Shown here one piece after another: positions 29,988-41,697 of a stretch of 64,000 nt of DNA. Each line of letters opens with the position of its first letter. Within the stretch, counting starts at the first letter, position 1. The position numbers and the translations under genes were made by a program. The DNA lies in NCBI GenBank assembly GCA_963708075.1, contig OY970194.1:4960001-5024000 (forward strand). The letters run 5' to 3'. The DNA comes from Sedimentisphaerales bacterium (lineage in GTDB: Bacteria > Planctomycetota > Phycisphaerae > Sedimentisphaerales > Anaerobacaceae). Under the pieces are notes generated by a model, which did no database searches, was not told the DNA's origin, and worked only from the letters and a program-made list of their open reading frames with translations.

Positions 29988-32535
29988 CTAATGATTGCTC
30001 TTACTTGCATAGGGCGTGCCGCCGTACGCGCCCATATTGATTCTCCCGCCGTTGGGCGTCGGCTCCCCGCGATAATCATCCCTCGAATTGCCCGCGTCGA
30101 TGCAGGGACTCGTCTTGCTGTCGGTCACCCAGGTATTCGATGCGTACACATACCGGCCCCACTGGGACTTCAGGTGGTAGTCGCTTCTGTCCTTGTCAGC
30201 AAACAACGGGTCCGTCTGGAGGTTGCCCGCGGCTTTGTCCGCGGTGTTGTATTGCATATTGCTGAAGCGGGGCTTGGCCTTTCCCTTGCCCTCCGCGTAT
30301 ACATCGACGTTGTTATACCAGATGATACAGTTCGTGATATTGGGGTCGGACCCGTCATAGGTGAGGATGCCAGTGCCGTTGCCGACAATAGTCAGGTTCT
30401 TCAGCGTGGGCGAGGCGCTGACGCAGAGGATGCCGGCGTCGGAGGCGCCGGTGATCACGAAATTCGCCAGAACGCTGCCGGGCCCTCCGGTCCTGAACAT
30501 GACCGTGTAGCCATCGACCGCGGCAAGGACCGCCGCGTCGCCGGCGCTCCGCACAGTGATCGCCTTGCCACAGAAATCGATATCCTCTTTGTAGTTGCCG
30601 GGCCAGACGAGGACCGTGTCGCCATCTTGGGCCCTGTCGATGGCAGCCTGCACCGTGCGAAATGTCTGGCTGATCCCGGACACCCCGCCGCCATCCACGT
30701 GGAGGGTGGCGTGCTCAGGTCCGTGGCTGGCCTCTTTTGTGCCGCCGTAGGCTCCCATGTTGATCCGGTTGCCGTTTGGCGGGGGTTCCTCGCTGACGGA
30801 GGCCGAGGGATCGCCTGCGTCGATGCAGGGGCTGTGGTAGTCCTGATCGTACACCCATCGTCCGGAGCCCGGATCGTAGCGGCTGTACTTCGATTTCAGA
30901 TGATAGTCCCCCGCGTCCGCGTTCGCGAACCGGGGATCGGTACTGATGTTGCCGAGAACCGGAATAGCTGCCCTGGATATCGGAATAGGTTACCGTATCC
31001 CTGAGTAGAGAGTCTGTGATGACCAGCCCTTTGCCCGCGTTACCCCAGAGGATGCTGCTCGTGACCACGACGTCGGCGCCGCTGGACTGGACTCCGCCGG
31101 CGGCTCCGGTCACCGCCCCAGGCAGAAACTCATTCTGGGCGATGGTGCAGTTGATCACGCTCACCCGGCACCGGGGTGAGCCCGCGCCGCCTTCGACGCA
31201 GATGCCGGCCCCGGCAATCGCCGCGTTCCTTGAAAAGATGCAGTTGCGGAAAGTCACGCTGGCGGTCACGTCGGTCGAGGCGCCGGTGCAGTAGGCTCCG
31301 CCGCCCCGGACGCTATACGCAGCGATGTTATTGGAAATAGTGCAGCCTGCGACGGTCGCGGCGCTTTTCTCGAAGTACAGGCCCGCGCCAAAGCTGTTTC
31401 GATACGCGGCGTTGGCGCGGATGATGCATTTGCTGATGGTGGCGTTGGAATTTGCGATCAGGCCGATGCCTGCGCCGCGTCCCCCGGAGGTCGCCGTGCC
31501 AAGCTCGCCGGCGATGCACTCCTCGATGGTGCATTCGGAGATCACGGGATCGGCCCCGACGCCGCCGATGCCGCCGCCGAGCTCGGCGCCGCAATCCTCA
31601 ATGATACAGTTGGCGATGGTGGGGCTGCTGAACGCACAGTAGATGCCGCCGCCAATGGGATCGCGGACGCTGGGCAGGGGGTTGGCCGGCACTTGTGATC
31701 CGTAGATCCGCCCGCCTCGAATCGTCAGGTTGGACACGACCGCACCGGATGCTTCCCCGCTGTGGAAGTAGAACCCTCTATGCCCCCCCTCCGCCCTTCC
31801 CGCAACTCCTTCACAGTCCAGGATTGTATCCTTGGCCTCGCCGGCCCCCCTGACCGTGATGGCTTTGCCCTTGAAATCGATGTCGCGGTTGCCCGGGCCG
31901 CGATACGTGCGTCCGGCCAGCTCGATCACGTCGTCATCGCTTGCGTTATCGATGGCCGCCTGGATCGTAGGGAAATCCCGCGGCACCTGGATGGTCACCG
32001 GCTGGGAACTCAGGTCCACGTCGATATTGTCTATCACGACGCCGGCGCCGGTGAGCTTGATGTAGCAGACCCCGCCGGCCGAAGTGAGCGGGATTTCCTG
32101 GCGTCCTTCCTCCAGGACCCGCGCGCTGGACCAGCCGGTGCCATCGGACGACGTCTGGCACTCCAGCCGACCCGGCACGAATTCGGACATCTCGGAGGGA
32201 AAGGACACGTCCAGGGCAAAAGAGCCCTTGATCGCTCTCGCGGTTGATGCACCCGTTAGTGGAAAACGGTACGTGAGCTCGGCGTCCCGGCCGTTGTTGC
32301 CGACGAACGCCAGGCCCCGGTTCCGGTTGACCTCCATGTAGTACAGGTATGGCCCGGATGGAGGGACTCCTCCGTTGGACCACAGCGTTGAATTGACATA
32401 CCCGGCAAGCGTCGTGCTGCCGGCCGTGAAGTCCTCGGTGTAGCTGTACGGAAACTGCGCCCGGGCCGAGCCGCCGACGCACAGCAGCACAAGCAAGCAC
32501 GCAGCCGAACAGGTTATGAGCCTCACACCGCTCAT
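29988..32535 (-). CDS. Secreted right-handed beta-helix protein, +1 frameshift at about 30957
   Basis: Signal peptide; FPTIQAAID, IDFKGKAITV, GGGIYC repeats, two SPCIDAG..RINMGAYGGT motifs; one-base removal gives YSGLGNISTDPRFANADAGDYHL. Confidence 0.85.
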
Positions 32536-32562
32536 CCGATGCCTTGTCTTCGCATAAAGTCT

Positions 32563-32598
32563 GGGTTTTTAGGTGGGCGGGGGCCCACCTAAAAACCC
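32563..32598. other. Perfect 16-bp hairpin just upstream of the beta-helix gene
   Basis: GGGTTTTTAGGTGGGC-GGGG-GCCCACCTAAAAACCC. Confidence 0.7.
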
Positions 32599-32664
32599 GC
32601 CGCCAAACAACCAGCAACTATATTCAGTTGCCAAAAGGCTGATTCCCGGCCGGGCGGGCGACGT

Positions 32665-32883
32665 TCACCGTCGCCCCATCCGGGCCGAATACTCATAGTC
32701 AGTGGCGCGTACCGTTGCCGCACCTGCTCGATACGCCCTCGGCGAAGCCACAGTAGAACTGACGGTGGCGGCTTTGCGGGCCGGCGACGATCCGCCGGAC
32801 CCATCCTTGCCCGCGTCCCCGGCCACGGCGACGGTTACTGCCGTCGCGAGCGCCAGGGTCCCGCCACTGACATTCCATTTCAT
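32665..32883 (-). CDS. Possible small secreted Ala/Ser-rich protein
   Basis: AAGGGGG upstream; MKW...LALATAVTVAVA signal-like N-terminus. Confidence 0.35.
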   Translation of the reverse strand: MKWNVSGGTLALATAVTVAVAGDAGKDGSGGSSPARKAATVSSTVASPRAYRAGAATVRATDYEYSARMGRR

Positions 32884-33007
32884 CGTCATTATCAGAAACC
32901 CCCTTTGCTCAGAACCCATCGTTCTTGTCAAGACGCCCACTTGCAGGCCTGACGCAACACCCTGTTATTGGGACGTAAAGGTTGGCCGTGCCCGTGCGAA
33001 TCCGGCG

Positions 33008-34867
33008 TCATGGCGTCGATCTGACCAGGTTGCCGTTCGCCAGCCGCATGAGCCAGAGGATTCCTTCATCCTGACTCAGCGAACCCCGGTAATTCGCCGC
33101 CCGCGGGGCAAGAAACTCGCTGCGTGCCGCCGGGAGCTCCTGGAGGTATTCGAAATCCAGTTGACCGACGGGATTCTGGCCGACGAAGAAGCCGATGCTC
33201 TTGACGACATCGGTCTCGAGATCGATTGTATACACAAGCCTTGCCGGATTGTGGATTACCGTCACCTGGACATCCTTGCCGTCGGAGAGCATGGTGGTCT
33301 GGAACGGCACCTGCCGCTCCGCCGCGTCGCGGCGTATGGTGTCTATCGTATGCAGCCCCATCCACGGGCGTGATAATCCCTGGAAGAAGCTGCCGCGTGC
33401 ATACTTGGTCAGCACGGTGTTTCTGGCATCGACGATATAGGCGCCCGTATCGACGTCCGTGAGCGTAAAGTCCCCGCCAACCGAAAGCTTCAACCACGCA
33501 TAGTGATCCCTGCTTGTGGCATAGATGAACGGTATGCGGCCGACGCCGGTGACGTTGCGACCGTTGATTCGCCCCTGCACACGGAAGTACGTCCACCCGC
33601 GCCTATGCATGGCATCGCGGTTATCCACGATCGTGGCGTCCGAACGCCAGTCGCTCTGGAAGTAATCCTCATTCAGGACGTTGCGGTATCGCATGGTCCA
33701 GGGCGGGGTATTCGCCCCTTCGGCATTGCGTTCGACGACGACGAGCAGCCCCCTGCCTTTGGCATCGACAGGCTGCATTTCAAGCTCCCTGCCCCGCATG
33801 CGCGTCAGGAAGTCCCTCATCGCGCTGCTATCGGTTGGAAGCGTGAAGACGCTCAGGTCGTTCATCCACATTCGATGATTTTCGACCTGGACGGTTCTGC
33901 CCTCATACGTGTAGTTCCCGTAGGCGTTTTGCAGGACCCTGCGTTCGGGGTTGGCCGCATCGGCCCCCGAGGTCGCCCGGAGCATCATGGGCCCATCGGG
34001 CTCCGCCGGGAAGTAGAACCAGTACGCCTGACCGCTGTTGCCGGCGGTCCCGAACGGGCTGGCCACGCGAGCAGCGGTTGTGGGCCGGCCGCTTTCGGCG
34101 GGCCCGGAAGTCGCCATGACGGCTCCCACCGTAACAGCGCCAGCGGCAGTCAGGGACAGCAGGGCGGTCTTGGTGGTCGCGACGCTCACAGCACTGGCCA
34201 GCAATCCCACCTTCATGGCGGTCGCCGGCACGGTCAGTTGAGCCGCCGCCGCCTCGCTGGGCGCCGTGATCTTGCCGAAAATGACCATGGCGGCCAGGAG
34301 CGAGCCCTTGCCAAAACCGTTATGCGAAAGCTCCTTCTGCAGCGCCTGTTTGGCTCGCATGAAGAGCATGCGGGTGCTGAACTCGCTGCACCCCATCGAT
34401 TGGGCGATCTCCGAGTAGGACATCCCGTCATAGCAACGCATGATCAGGACGGCCTTGTGACGGGTCCGCAGCTTCTGCATAGCGGTTGAGACAATCTGCT
34501 TCAACTCCTGGCCCACCAGGTTTTCAAATCCTCCCTGACGCTCTTTCATTGACCCCCGCCGCCTCTCCTCTGAGGCGGCTGCGTGCTGTAAGGCCTTTTC
34601 CGTCCTATAATGCCGATGGAGTTTGTTGGTGGCGATCCCATACAACCAGGACCAGAATCGATCTGCTCGCTGTAGCTTGCCTAGTACCTTGCACATTTCT
34701 AACAAGCTCTCCTGTACGATTTCTTGGGTGAGATCATTATCCTGCGTCAGGCGGTACACATAGACCCGCAACCGTTCGCCGGCGATCCCTGCCAGCCTTT
34801 CCAGGCTCGGCTTGTCCCCGCGCTGAGCCAGTTCTACCAACTGAATAATATCCACCTGCCCGTCCAT
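33008..34867 (-). CDS. ECF sigma factor with TM segment and long C-terminal extension
   Basis: EIVQE and F.SWLYGIA.N (region 2); L....KAVLIMR.YDGMSYSEIA..MG (region 4); hydrophobic segment and about 350-aa tail. Confidence 0.9.
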   Translation of the reverse strand: MDGQVDIIQLVELAQRGDKPSLERLAGIAGERLRVYVYRLTQDNDLTQEIVQESLLEMCKVLGKLQRADRFWSWLYGIATNKLHRHYRTEKALQHAAASEERRRGSMKERQGGFENLVGQELKQIVSTAMQKLRTRHKAVLIMRCYDGMSYSEIAQSMGCSEFSTRMLFMRAKQALQKELSHNGFGKGSLLAAMVIFGKITAPSEAAAAQLTVPATAMKVGLLASAVSVATTKTALLSLTAAGAVTVGAVMATSGPAESGRPTTAARVASPFGTAGNSGQAYWFYFPAEPDGPMMLRATSGADAANPERRVLQNAYGNYTYEGRTVQVENHRMWMNDLSVFTLPTDSSAMRDFLTRMRGRELEMQPVDAKGRGLLVVVERNAEGANTPPWTMRYRNVLNEDYFQSDWRSDATIVDNRDAMHRRGWTYFRVQGRINGRNVTGVGRIPFIYATSRDHYAWLKLSVGGDFTLTDVDTGAYIVDARNTVLTKYARGSFFQGLSRPWMGLHTIDTIRRDAAERQVPFQTTMLSDGKDVQVTVIHNPARLVYTIDLETDVVKSIGFFVGQNPVGQLDFEYLQELPAARSEFLAPRAANYRGSLSQDEGILWLMRLANGNLVRSTP

Positions 34868-35185
34868 CTTTGACCACTCTCAATCACTCAATTCATACCG
34901 GCAATACAGTGCCATACGGCCCCGGTAGCGCAACGGTTTTTTTCGCATTCCTGACTATTTTACCGGGATTCTCAGGATACACGTTCCAGCCCCTTCTGTC
35001 GAATGCTCGCCAGCCCCCTCGGGGGGGCCGGCACTCCATAAATCGGCGGATCCGACGCCGTTGACAAGCAAATTCTTCCCCCTCCCAGGGGGTATCCATC
35101 AAGTGACATTGCCCTCGAACCGATATTCCTTGCTGGAGCCTCCAAGAACGTCGTTGTACCGGTTGTCAGGCAAAGGAAGGGAAAA

Positions 35186-37316
35186 ATGCACGATTCTGCC
35201 GATCGTCCAGCCACTATCGTCGCGGTCAATCGCGACGACACGATTCAGAAAGCCGCCGCACTCATGTTGTCTCATAATGTCGGTTGTCTCATCGTCAATA
35301 ACGAAGACGGGGATTTCGTCGGCGTGGTCAGCGAGCGGGATGTCGCCCGCCGCGTTGCCACCGGCTGCGACACCGCCAGGACGAGCGTCGCCCAGATTAT
35401 GACGGATCATGTGATCTCCTGTCCGCCCGGCACACCCACCCACGAGGCCCGGCGGATCATGGCCACCCATCGTATTCGACACCTGCCCATCGTGGAGAAC
35501 GGGGTCGTTGCAGGGATACTGTCGGTGCGGGACGTGATGGCCCAGCAGTTGGCCGAGGACCGTGCGGCTGCGGAGGAAGTGGCCGTGCTCTCCAAGTGCC
35601 TCAAGAGCATCGACCTGCAGGAGGCCGTCGAGATTGTCGCCATGCAGGCCCCGAAGCTGTTTGAGGCGACAAGCTGCGCCCTGTGCCTGTACCCGAGCGA
35701 GGACACCACGAAAGGGCCGGAATTCGTCAGCTCCAACCGCTGCCTGTGCTTTGACGGCTCTGCAAGATGCCCGGAGTTCATGGGCGGCATGCTCATACAA
35801 GAGGGTCTGTCTGAGACGATCCCGGCTGAATGCGTGAACCAGGGAGGCCACCCGCCACGCCTGATGCTGCCGCTTGAGATTGCGGGTCTGTGCGATCCCT
35901 TCAGCGGCAAGGAGAAGCGGCTCAGGGGTTTCGTCTGCATGTGCGGCCTGGACGCCGCCTGCACAGTCAATAAGGAGCTCACGTCCTACAAGGCCAGACT
36001 GGCGCGGGAAATCGTCGTCGCACACCTGACCAATGCGTTGCGTTACCAGCAGGCGAGGCTCACGTCACTGACGGACGCCCTGACGGGTGTCGGGTCTCGC
36101 AAGCTGCTCGAGGACAAGCTCCAGGAAGAGTACGACCGCGCGAAGCGCTACAAACGGCCGTTCTCCGTGGCCATCATCGACCTCGACCACTTCAAGATGA
36201 TCAATGACACCCTGGGCCATGCCGCCGGCGATGACGCCATCCGGCAACTGGCCCAGTGCATGAACGAGCAGAAGAGGATCCCGGACGTGCTGGCGCGCTA
36301 CGGCGGCGACGAGTTCGTCATGCTCATGCCCGAGAACCCGGGCCGCCGACGCGGCCGTCCTGCTCGAAAGGATTCGAACCAGGACACCCCAGATACCGAT
36401 CGGCCAGGGCCTGTCCCTCTCTATCAGTTGTGGAATCGCCGAGTGTCTGCTCGATCAGGACACTGCCTCCGGCGAAGTGTTGAGACGGGCGGATCTGGCC
36501 CTCTACGAGGCCAAAAGCGCCGGCAGGAACTGCATCAAGCTCTGGAACAAGGATATGTGCCGGCTCCTCAACACCGGCGAGCTGGAAATCGAGCGGATCA
36601 AGAGGCTCCAGCGGCGGATCCTCGGCCTGTCTGAGATGGCCGAGAAGATGTTTATGGAAAGCATCTGGGGTTTCGTCCAGGCCCTCGAGGCCAAGGACGT
36701 CCACGCCCGCAAGCACACTGAGAACGTAATGCATTATGCCACAGCGATCACCCGGACAATGGATTTGGGTCCCAAGCATGTGGACCTCATCCGACGATCC
36801 GCCATGATCCACGATATCGGCAAGATCGGCATCCCGGACGCCATTCTCTTCAAGCCCGGCACTCTGACGCCCCACGAGCGGAGGATCGTCGAGCAACATC
36901 CGGTCATCGCCGCGCGGATCCTCGAGCCCATGAGCTTCCTGGAGCGGGAGGTGGCGATCGTGCGGCACCACCACGAAAAGTGGAATGGCCAGGGTTACCC
37001 GGATGGTCTGACCCGCACGGCCATTCCCCTGGGAGCAAGGGTCATCGCCGTGGCCGACACGTTCGATGCCCTGACCTCCAGCCGCGCCTACCATGAGCCG
37101 CGATGCATCTTCGAGGCGCTGCGGATCCTCAGGGATTCCGCCGATTACGATCTCGACCCGACCGCCGTCGAGGCCATGCTCACCTGGATTGCCGGCATCG
37201 GCAAACAACTCAGTAAGGCTTCGGAGGAGCTGACCGTGGAGGATTTGCTGGTCGTGCGAGGCGAGACCGAGGCGCAACCCATCCCCTGCCCTGCGCCGGC
37301 CGTGACCCTCTCTTAA
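35186..37316 (+). CDS. CBS-GGDEF-HD-GYP c-di-GMP turnover protein, +1 frameshift at about 36335
   Basis: GVVSERD and HLPIV (CBS pair); DLDHFK.INDT.GH, RYGGDEF; HDIGKIG, HHEKWNGQGYP; one-base removal gives LMPETRAADAAVLLERIR. Confidence 0.9.
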
Positions 37317-37354
37317 TAGCGTGGATGGCACCGTATTCTCCGGGTGAAAGACCC

Positions 37355-37445
37355 TGTCATCCTGAGCCGACAGTGAAGGATCGGGTCGACGAATGGAAGG
37401 TTTCCCTATCCGCGGCCCAGATGCTTCACTTCGTTCAGCATGACA
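37355..37445. repeat. TGTC/CGTC-type REP doublet, copy 2
   Basis: TGTCATCCTGAGC..GTGAAGGATC ... GATGCTTCACTTCGTTCAGCATGACA. Confidence 0.85.
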
Positions 37446-37632
37446 AATGGCGGCTGCTCCCCCGCAAGATGTAGTCACACGCAAGCCTCTGATAACCAAG
37501 TGACTCTTGAGAATTGCCTCTCTCTGCGATAAGCTTATGCCGTGATGGATGTGACACATGATCCGGTTGAACGTCGCGGCCGCGCAGGCTTTGACGAGTC
37601 CCGTAGAGCCACGGCCGCCGCGGGAGAGAACC

Positions 37633-39165
37633 ATGCTGCTCGATTCGCTTAATCGCAGAGAGTTCATGACCCTGACCACCGCAGGCATTGCCGGCGCCTT
37701 GTCGCTCGGCGCATCGTCACCGGCCGGGACCGGACCGGACGACTGGGACCCGGACAAGCCACTTGCCCGCACGGGCAAGCCCCTGATCGTCCAGCCGATC
37801 CTGATGTATCGGGTGGCCGAGAAGCGGCCCGCCACCTCCTGGAAATCCTGGGGGGCCGTGCAAAGCGAGGAGGCGGCGGGCAAAGAAGCGGCGGCCATTA
37901 CGCAGGAGCTGAACACGCTCGCTTCCAAAGCCGAATTCCCCGTGAGGGTCCTGTCACTTGTATCGGCCAAGACTCCCGAACAGGCCGCCCAGGCGCACAG
38001 AAACGACTATGATGCCGTGATCGTCTACGCCGCCAGCGGCTCCGGGGACCTGCTGCGGGCATGCTTCGCTCCAAAGAAGGACAAGGACACGATCCTTTTC
38101 GTGCGCTGCCGTTCCGGCCCCGCGTACTACTGGTACGAAGCCTTGAGCACGAAATACCTGCAGACCGGTCAGCCCGATTCGCCCCGCCCCTCCCGCCTCG
38201 ATCATGGCGGCGTCCACGTCGAGGATGTCGTCGTGGATGATTCTGAAGAGCTGCTGTGGCGGCTGCGAGGCCTCTACGCCTTGAAGAATTTCCTTGGCAC
38301 GCGGATCGTGGCGCTGGGCGGACCGTGGGGCAAATACTCGCCCGAGGCCCCGCAGGTGGCGCGAGACCGCTACGGGATCGAAATCATTGACGTGCCTTAT
38401 GAAGCGATCGCCCCGCGCATCAAGGCCGCACAGGAGGACCGCGACCTGGCCGCCCGCATGGAGCAGTGGGCCAACAGGTACCTTGCACTGCCAAACACGA
38501 CTCTGGAAACCGACAAATCCTTCCTCGTCAACACGTTTCTCCTCCACCGCATTTTCAAGGACCTGATGCGAGAGCACGACGCCCCGGCGTTCACGATCCG
38601 CGGCTGCATGGGCACAATCCTGCCGATGGCGCAGACGACAGCGTGCCTGGCCCTGAGCCTGCTCAATGATGAGGGCGTGATGGCCTTCTGCGAGTCGGAC
38701 TTCGTCATCATTCCCGCCGGCATCCTGCTGCATTACACCTGCGGCCGACCCGTGTTTCTGCACAACTCGACCTTCCCGCACGACGGCCTCGTCACGTGTG
38801 CCCACTGCACGGCCCCGCGCCGGCTCGACGGCGTTCACTACGAACCGGCAAAGATCCTGACCCACTACGAGTCGGAGTATGGCGCCGCCCCGAAAGTCGA
38901 GATGCCCATCGGCCGCCAGGTGACATTCATCGACCCCGAGTACAGCACCGGCCGCTGGCTCGGCTTTACCGGCCTCGTCAAGAGCAATCCCTTCTACGAC
39001 ATCTGCCGCTCCCAGCAGGACGTCGAAATCCAGGGCGACTGGCCCAAGCTCCTCAGCGAGGTCCGTGACTCTCACTGGATGATGGCCTACGGCAACCACC
39101 TGCGCCCCCTCGCCTACGCCGCCCGGAAAACCGGCATCCAGTGGCTCGACCTTTCGCAGACATAG
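37633..39165 (+). CDS. Tat-exported L-fucose isomerase-like protein
   Basis: NRREFM Tat motif; FTIRGCM, ACLALSLLNDEG, FCESD, CAHCTAP, CRSQ, HWMMAYG. Confidence 0.7.
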   Translation: MLLDSLNRREFMTLTTAGIAGALSLGASSPAGTGPDDWDPDKPLARTGKPLIVQPILMYRVAEKRPATSWKSWGAVQSEEAAGKEAAAITQELNTLASKAEFPVRVLSLVSAKTPEQAAQAHRNDYDAVIVYAASGSGDLLRACFAPKKDKDTILFVRCRSGPAYYWYEALSTKYLQTGQPDSPRPSRLDHGGVHVEDVVVDDSEELLWRLRGLYALKNFLGTRIVALGGPWGKYSPEAPQVARDRYGIEIIDVPYEAIAPRIKAAQEDRDLAARMEQWANRYLALPNTTLETDKSFLVNTFLLHRIFKDLMREHDAPAFTIRGCMGTILPMAQTTACLALSLLNDEGVMAFCESDFVIIPAGILLHYTCGRPVFLHNSTFPHDGLVTCAHCTAPRRLDGVHYEPAKILTHYESEYGAAPKVEMPIGRQVTFIDPEYSTGRWLGFTGLVKSNPFYDICRSQQDVEIQGDWPKLLSEVRDSHWMMAYGNHLRPLAYAARKTGIQWLDLSQT

Positions 39166-39560
39166 CACCGCGCGTGCAGCACGTTGGAAATGCTTGTAAA
39201 CGCTGGAGCCCTCAGAAGTCATGGAAATCTGCGAGACAAACCTGATTGAAAATGCGCGCAATTAAGGATTTTGCCTAACGACAGCGGTTCGGCCACGTGG
39301 TAAATGGGTCTGTATCCATGTCTGCGAGGCCACGATAACCGGACTCGCAGAAGGCTTCGGAGAAGGCCGGTGGGCGGGTGTTGTCAAGCGGTCGAACAAT
39401 GCTTCATCCGGCAGCGGCCGTGAAATTTCTGCCAAACGTGTCCGGGCCCGGATGCGCGTCAGACAGAGAAGCCGACGCCACACCACGGACGGCCTGAGAG
39501 CCCGTTCGATGTGCCGCATTCCTCATTTCATCTGCTGGTCCTGCACCATTCCCGGCATGC

Positions 39561-40154
39561 TTAGGCTCTGTCGGTGTGCATCAGGCTGAGGACTTCGCTG
39601 CGGGTACGGGCATCCTTCTTGAAGGCGCCTCGCAAGGCCGAGGTCACCATGAGCGACCCGGGTTTCCGGATTCCGCGGATCGTCATGCAGCCGTGAGAGG
39701 CCTGGAGCACGACGGCCACGCCCAGCGGCTTGAGGTTGTTCATGAGGAAGTCGGCGATCTGCCCGGTCAGCCGCTCCTGCGCCTGGAGCCGGTGGGCGAA
39801 TGTGTCCACGATCCGCGCCAGCTTGCTGACGCCCAGGACCTTGCCCGTCGGCAGGTAGGCGACGTGCGCCTTGCCGATGAAGGGCAACAGGTGATGCTCA
39901 CAGATGCTGTAGAAAGGAATATCGCGAAGCAGGACGATCTCGTCGTATTTCTCCGTGAAGACGCTTCGCAGGTGGACTTTGGGATCCTCGAACGTGCCGC
40001 CGAGCAGCTCGGTGTACATGCGGGCGACCCGTTCCGGCGTCTTCTTCAGGCCTTCACGTTCCACGTCCTCGCCGAGGGCCAGGAGGATTTCCCTGACCGC
40101 TCTGCAGATTCGATCGCAGTCCATCTTGTTGTTGTTGTTGCGTGTCTTTGCCAT
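39561..40154 (-). CDS. folE: GTP cyclohydrolase I
   Basis: [40 protein letters not shown]. Confidence 0.97.
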   Translation of the reverse strand: MAKTRNNNNKMDCDRICRAVREILLALGEDVEREGLKKTPERVARMYTELLGGTFEDPKVHLRSVFTEKYDEIVLLRDIPFYSICEHHLLPFIGKAHVAYLPTGKVLGVSKLARIVDTFAHRLQAQERLTGQIADFLMNNLKPLGVAVVLQASHGCMTIRGIRKPGSLMVTSALRGAFKKDARTRSEVLSLMHTDRA

Positions 40155-41688
40155 TACTTCTTTTCAACCAGGTTCATCAGGTAGGTAATCAGCAGTCGGA
40201 CTCCGAACCCTGTGGCGCCCACTGCGGCGTGCGCGGCCGGCGTCGTCAGCACGTCCATGCCCGCGATGTCCAGGTGGGCCCATTTCGCCTCACCCACGAA
40301 CTGCCGCAGGAAGGCCGCCGCCGTGCAGGCGCCGCCCCAGCGGCTGCCGATGTTCTTCAAATCGGCGATCTTGCTCTTCATCTCGTCCGCGTACTCGTCG
40401 CTGCTAGGCATGTGCCAGAGGCTCTCGCCGCTTTCCTCCGCCGCCTTCTCGAGCTCCTTGACCAGCTCATCGTCGTTGCTCATCAGCCCCGCCTTGAATG
40501 AGCCCAGCGCCACCACGCAGGCGCCGGTCAGCGTCGCCACGTCGATTATGATGTCGCTCTTCTGTCGGGCCGCGAACGCCAGCGCATCGCACAGGAGCAT
40601 CCGCCCCTCGGCGTCCGTGTTGAGAATCTCGACGGTCTTGCCGCTGTACGTGGTGACGATGTCACCCGGGCGGAAGCTCGATCCGCTCGGCAGGTTCTCG
40701 GCGGATGGGACCAGGCCCCAGAGATTCAGCGGAAGCTCCAGCTCGGCGGCCGCCTTCATCGCCGCCAGCACGGCGATCCCGCCACTCTTGTCCAGCTTCA
40801 TCTGGTCCATGTCCTGCGCCGGCTTGATGCTGATGCCGCCGGAGTCGAACGTCACGCCCTTGCCCACCAGGGCAACGGTCGGCAGGCGCCGCCCGGGCCT
40901 CTTCACCGGGGTGTACTTCAGGATAATCAGCCTCGGTTTATTCTGGCTTCCGGCCCCGACGGCGAGGATGGCGCCCATCTTCTCCGCTTCGAGCTGCCTC
41001 TCGTCGTAGATCGTGCAGCGCAGCGCGGTGAGCCCGCGGGTGAGGTCCCGCGCCGCCTTGGCCAGGGCCGGCGGATTGATCACGTTGGCCGGGCGGTTCG
41101 CCAGGGTGGCGCGTAGCTTTGCATCCGGCCGATGACGACGCCCGGAGCAATCCCCGCGTTGAGACCTTTGAGCTGGGCCGGGCGCGGGTCCACGATCTGG
41201 GCTTCCAGCGCGCCGAGCCGGCCATTCTCGGATTCGCTGACGTACTCGTCGTAGCGATAACTGCCATAATAAACGCCCTCGACAATCGCCCTGCCCATCG
41301 CCGCTGCGTCGAGATTGCCGGCAAAGGCGCGATGCAGCGCCAGTGAGATCTGCCTGGCCTTCATCTCCACGGCGCGATTGGCGGCGATGGCCGCCGCTTT
41401 GCGGAGCGTATCGAGCGTCGCCTTGCCGCGCTCGCCGAGGCCAACGAGCAGGAGTCGCTCGGCGGCGATTTTGCCGTTGCTATAGATGACGGCGTGTGTC
41501 CTGGCCTTGCCCGTGAAATCACCGAGCTCTCTGAGACGCTCGACAGCCCCGCCGAGCTTTTCGTCGAGCTTGCGGAGGATGTCATCCGGCTCGCCGTCGG
41601 AGAACCGGCCCACCACGAGCATATCCGTCTTGCAGCGGGCAAACTCCGCCTTTTTCGTCTTCACGTCCACGTCGATGATTTGTCGCAT
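40154..41688 (-). CDS. pepA: Leucyl aminopeptidase (M17), 1-nt deletion frameshift at about 41110
   Basis: [37 protein letters not shown] to GCGCGC restores [17 protein letters not shown]. Confidence 0.9.
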
Positions 41689-41697
41689 GACTCCAAC

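Noticed and set aside
39262..39519. 85-aa ORF downstream of folE
   Set aside because: No recognisable motif and atypical composition; cannot be supported as a gene.
40690..40705. Other GAGAACC/GGTTCTC sites (here AENLP in pepA; also near 3028, 7640, 18402) as hidden insertions
   Set aside because: They lie in uninterrupted frames or symmetric REP arms, so they are genuine sequence.
41095..41120. pepA frameshift as part of the GAGACC pattern or as programmed recoding
   Set aside because: It is a 1-nt deletion in GCGCGC with no GAGACC motif or slippery site; probably an ordinary sequencing error.
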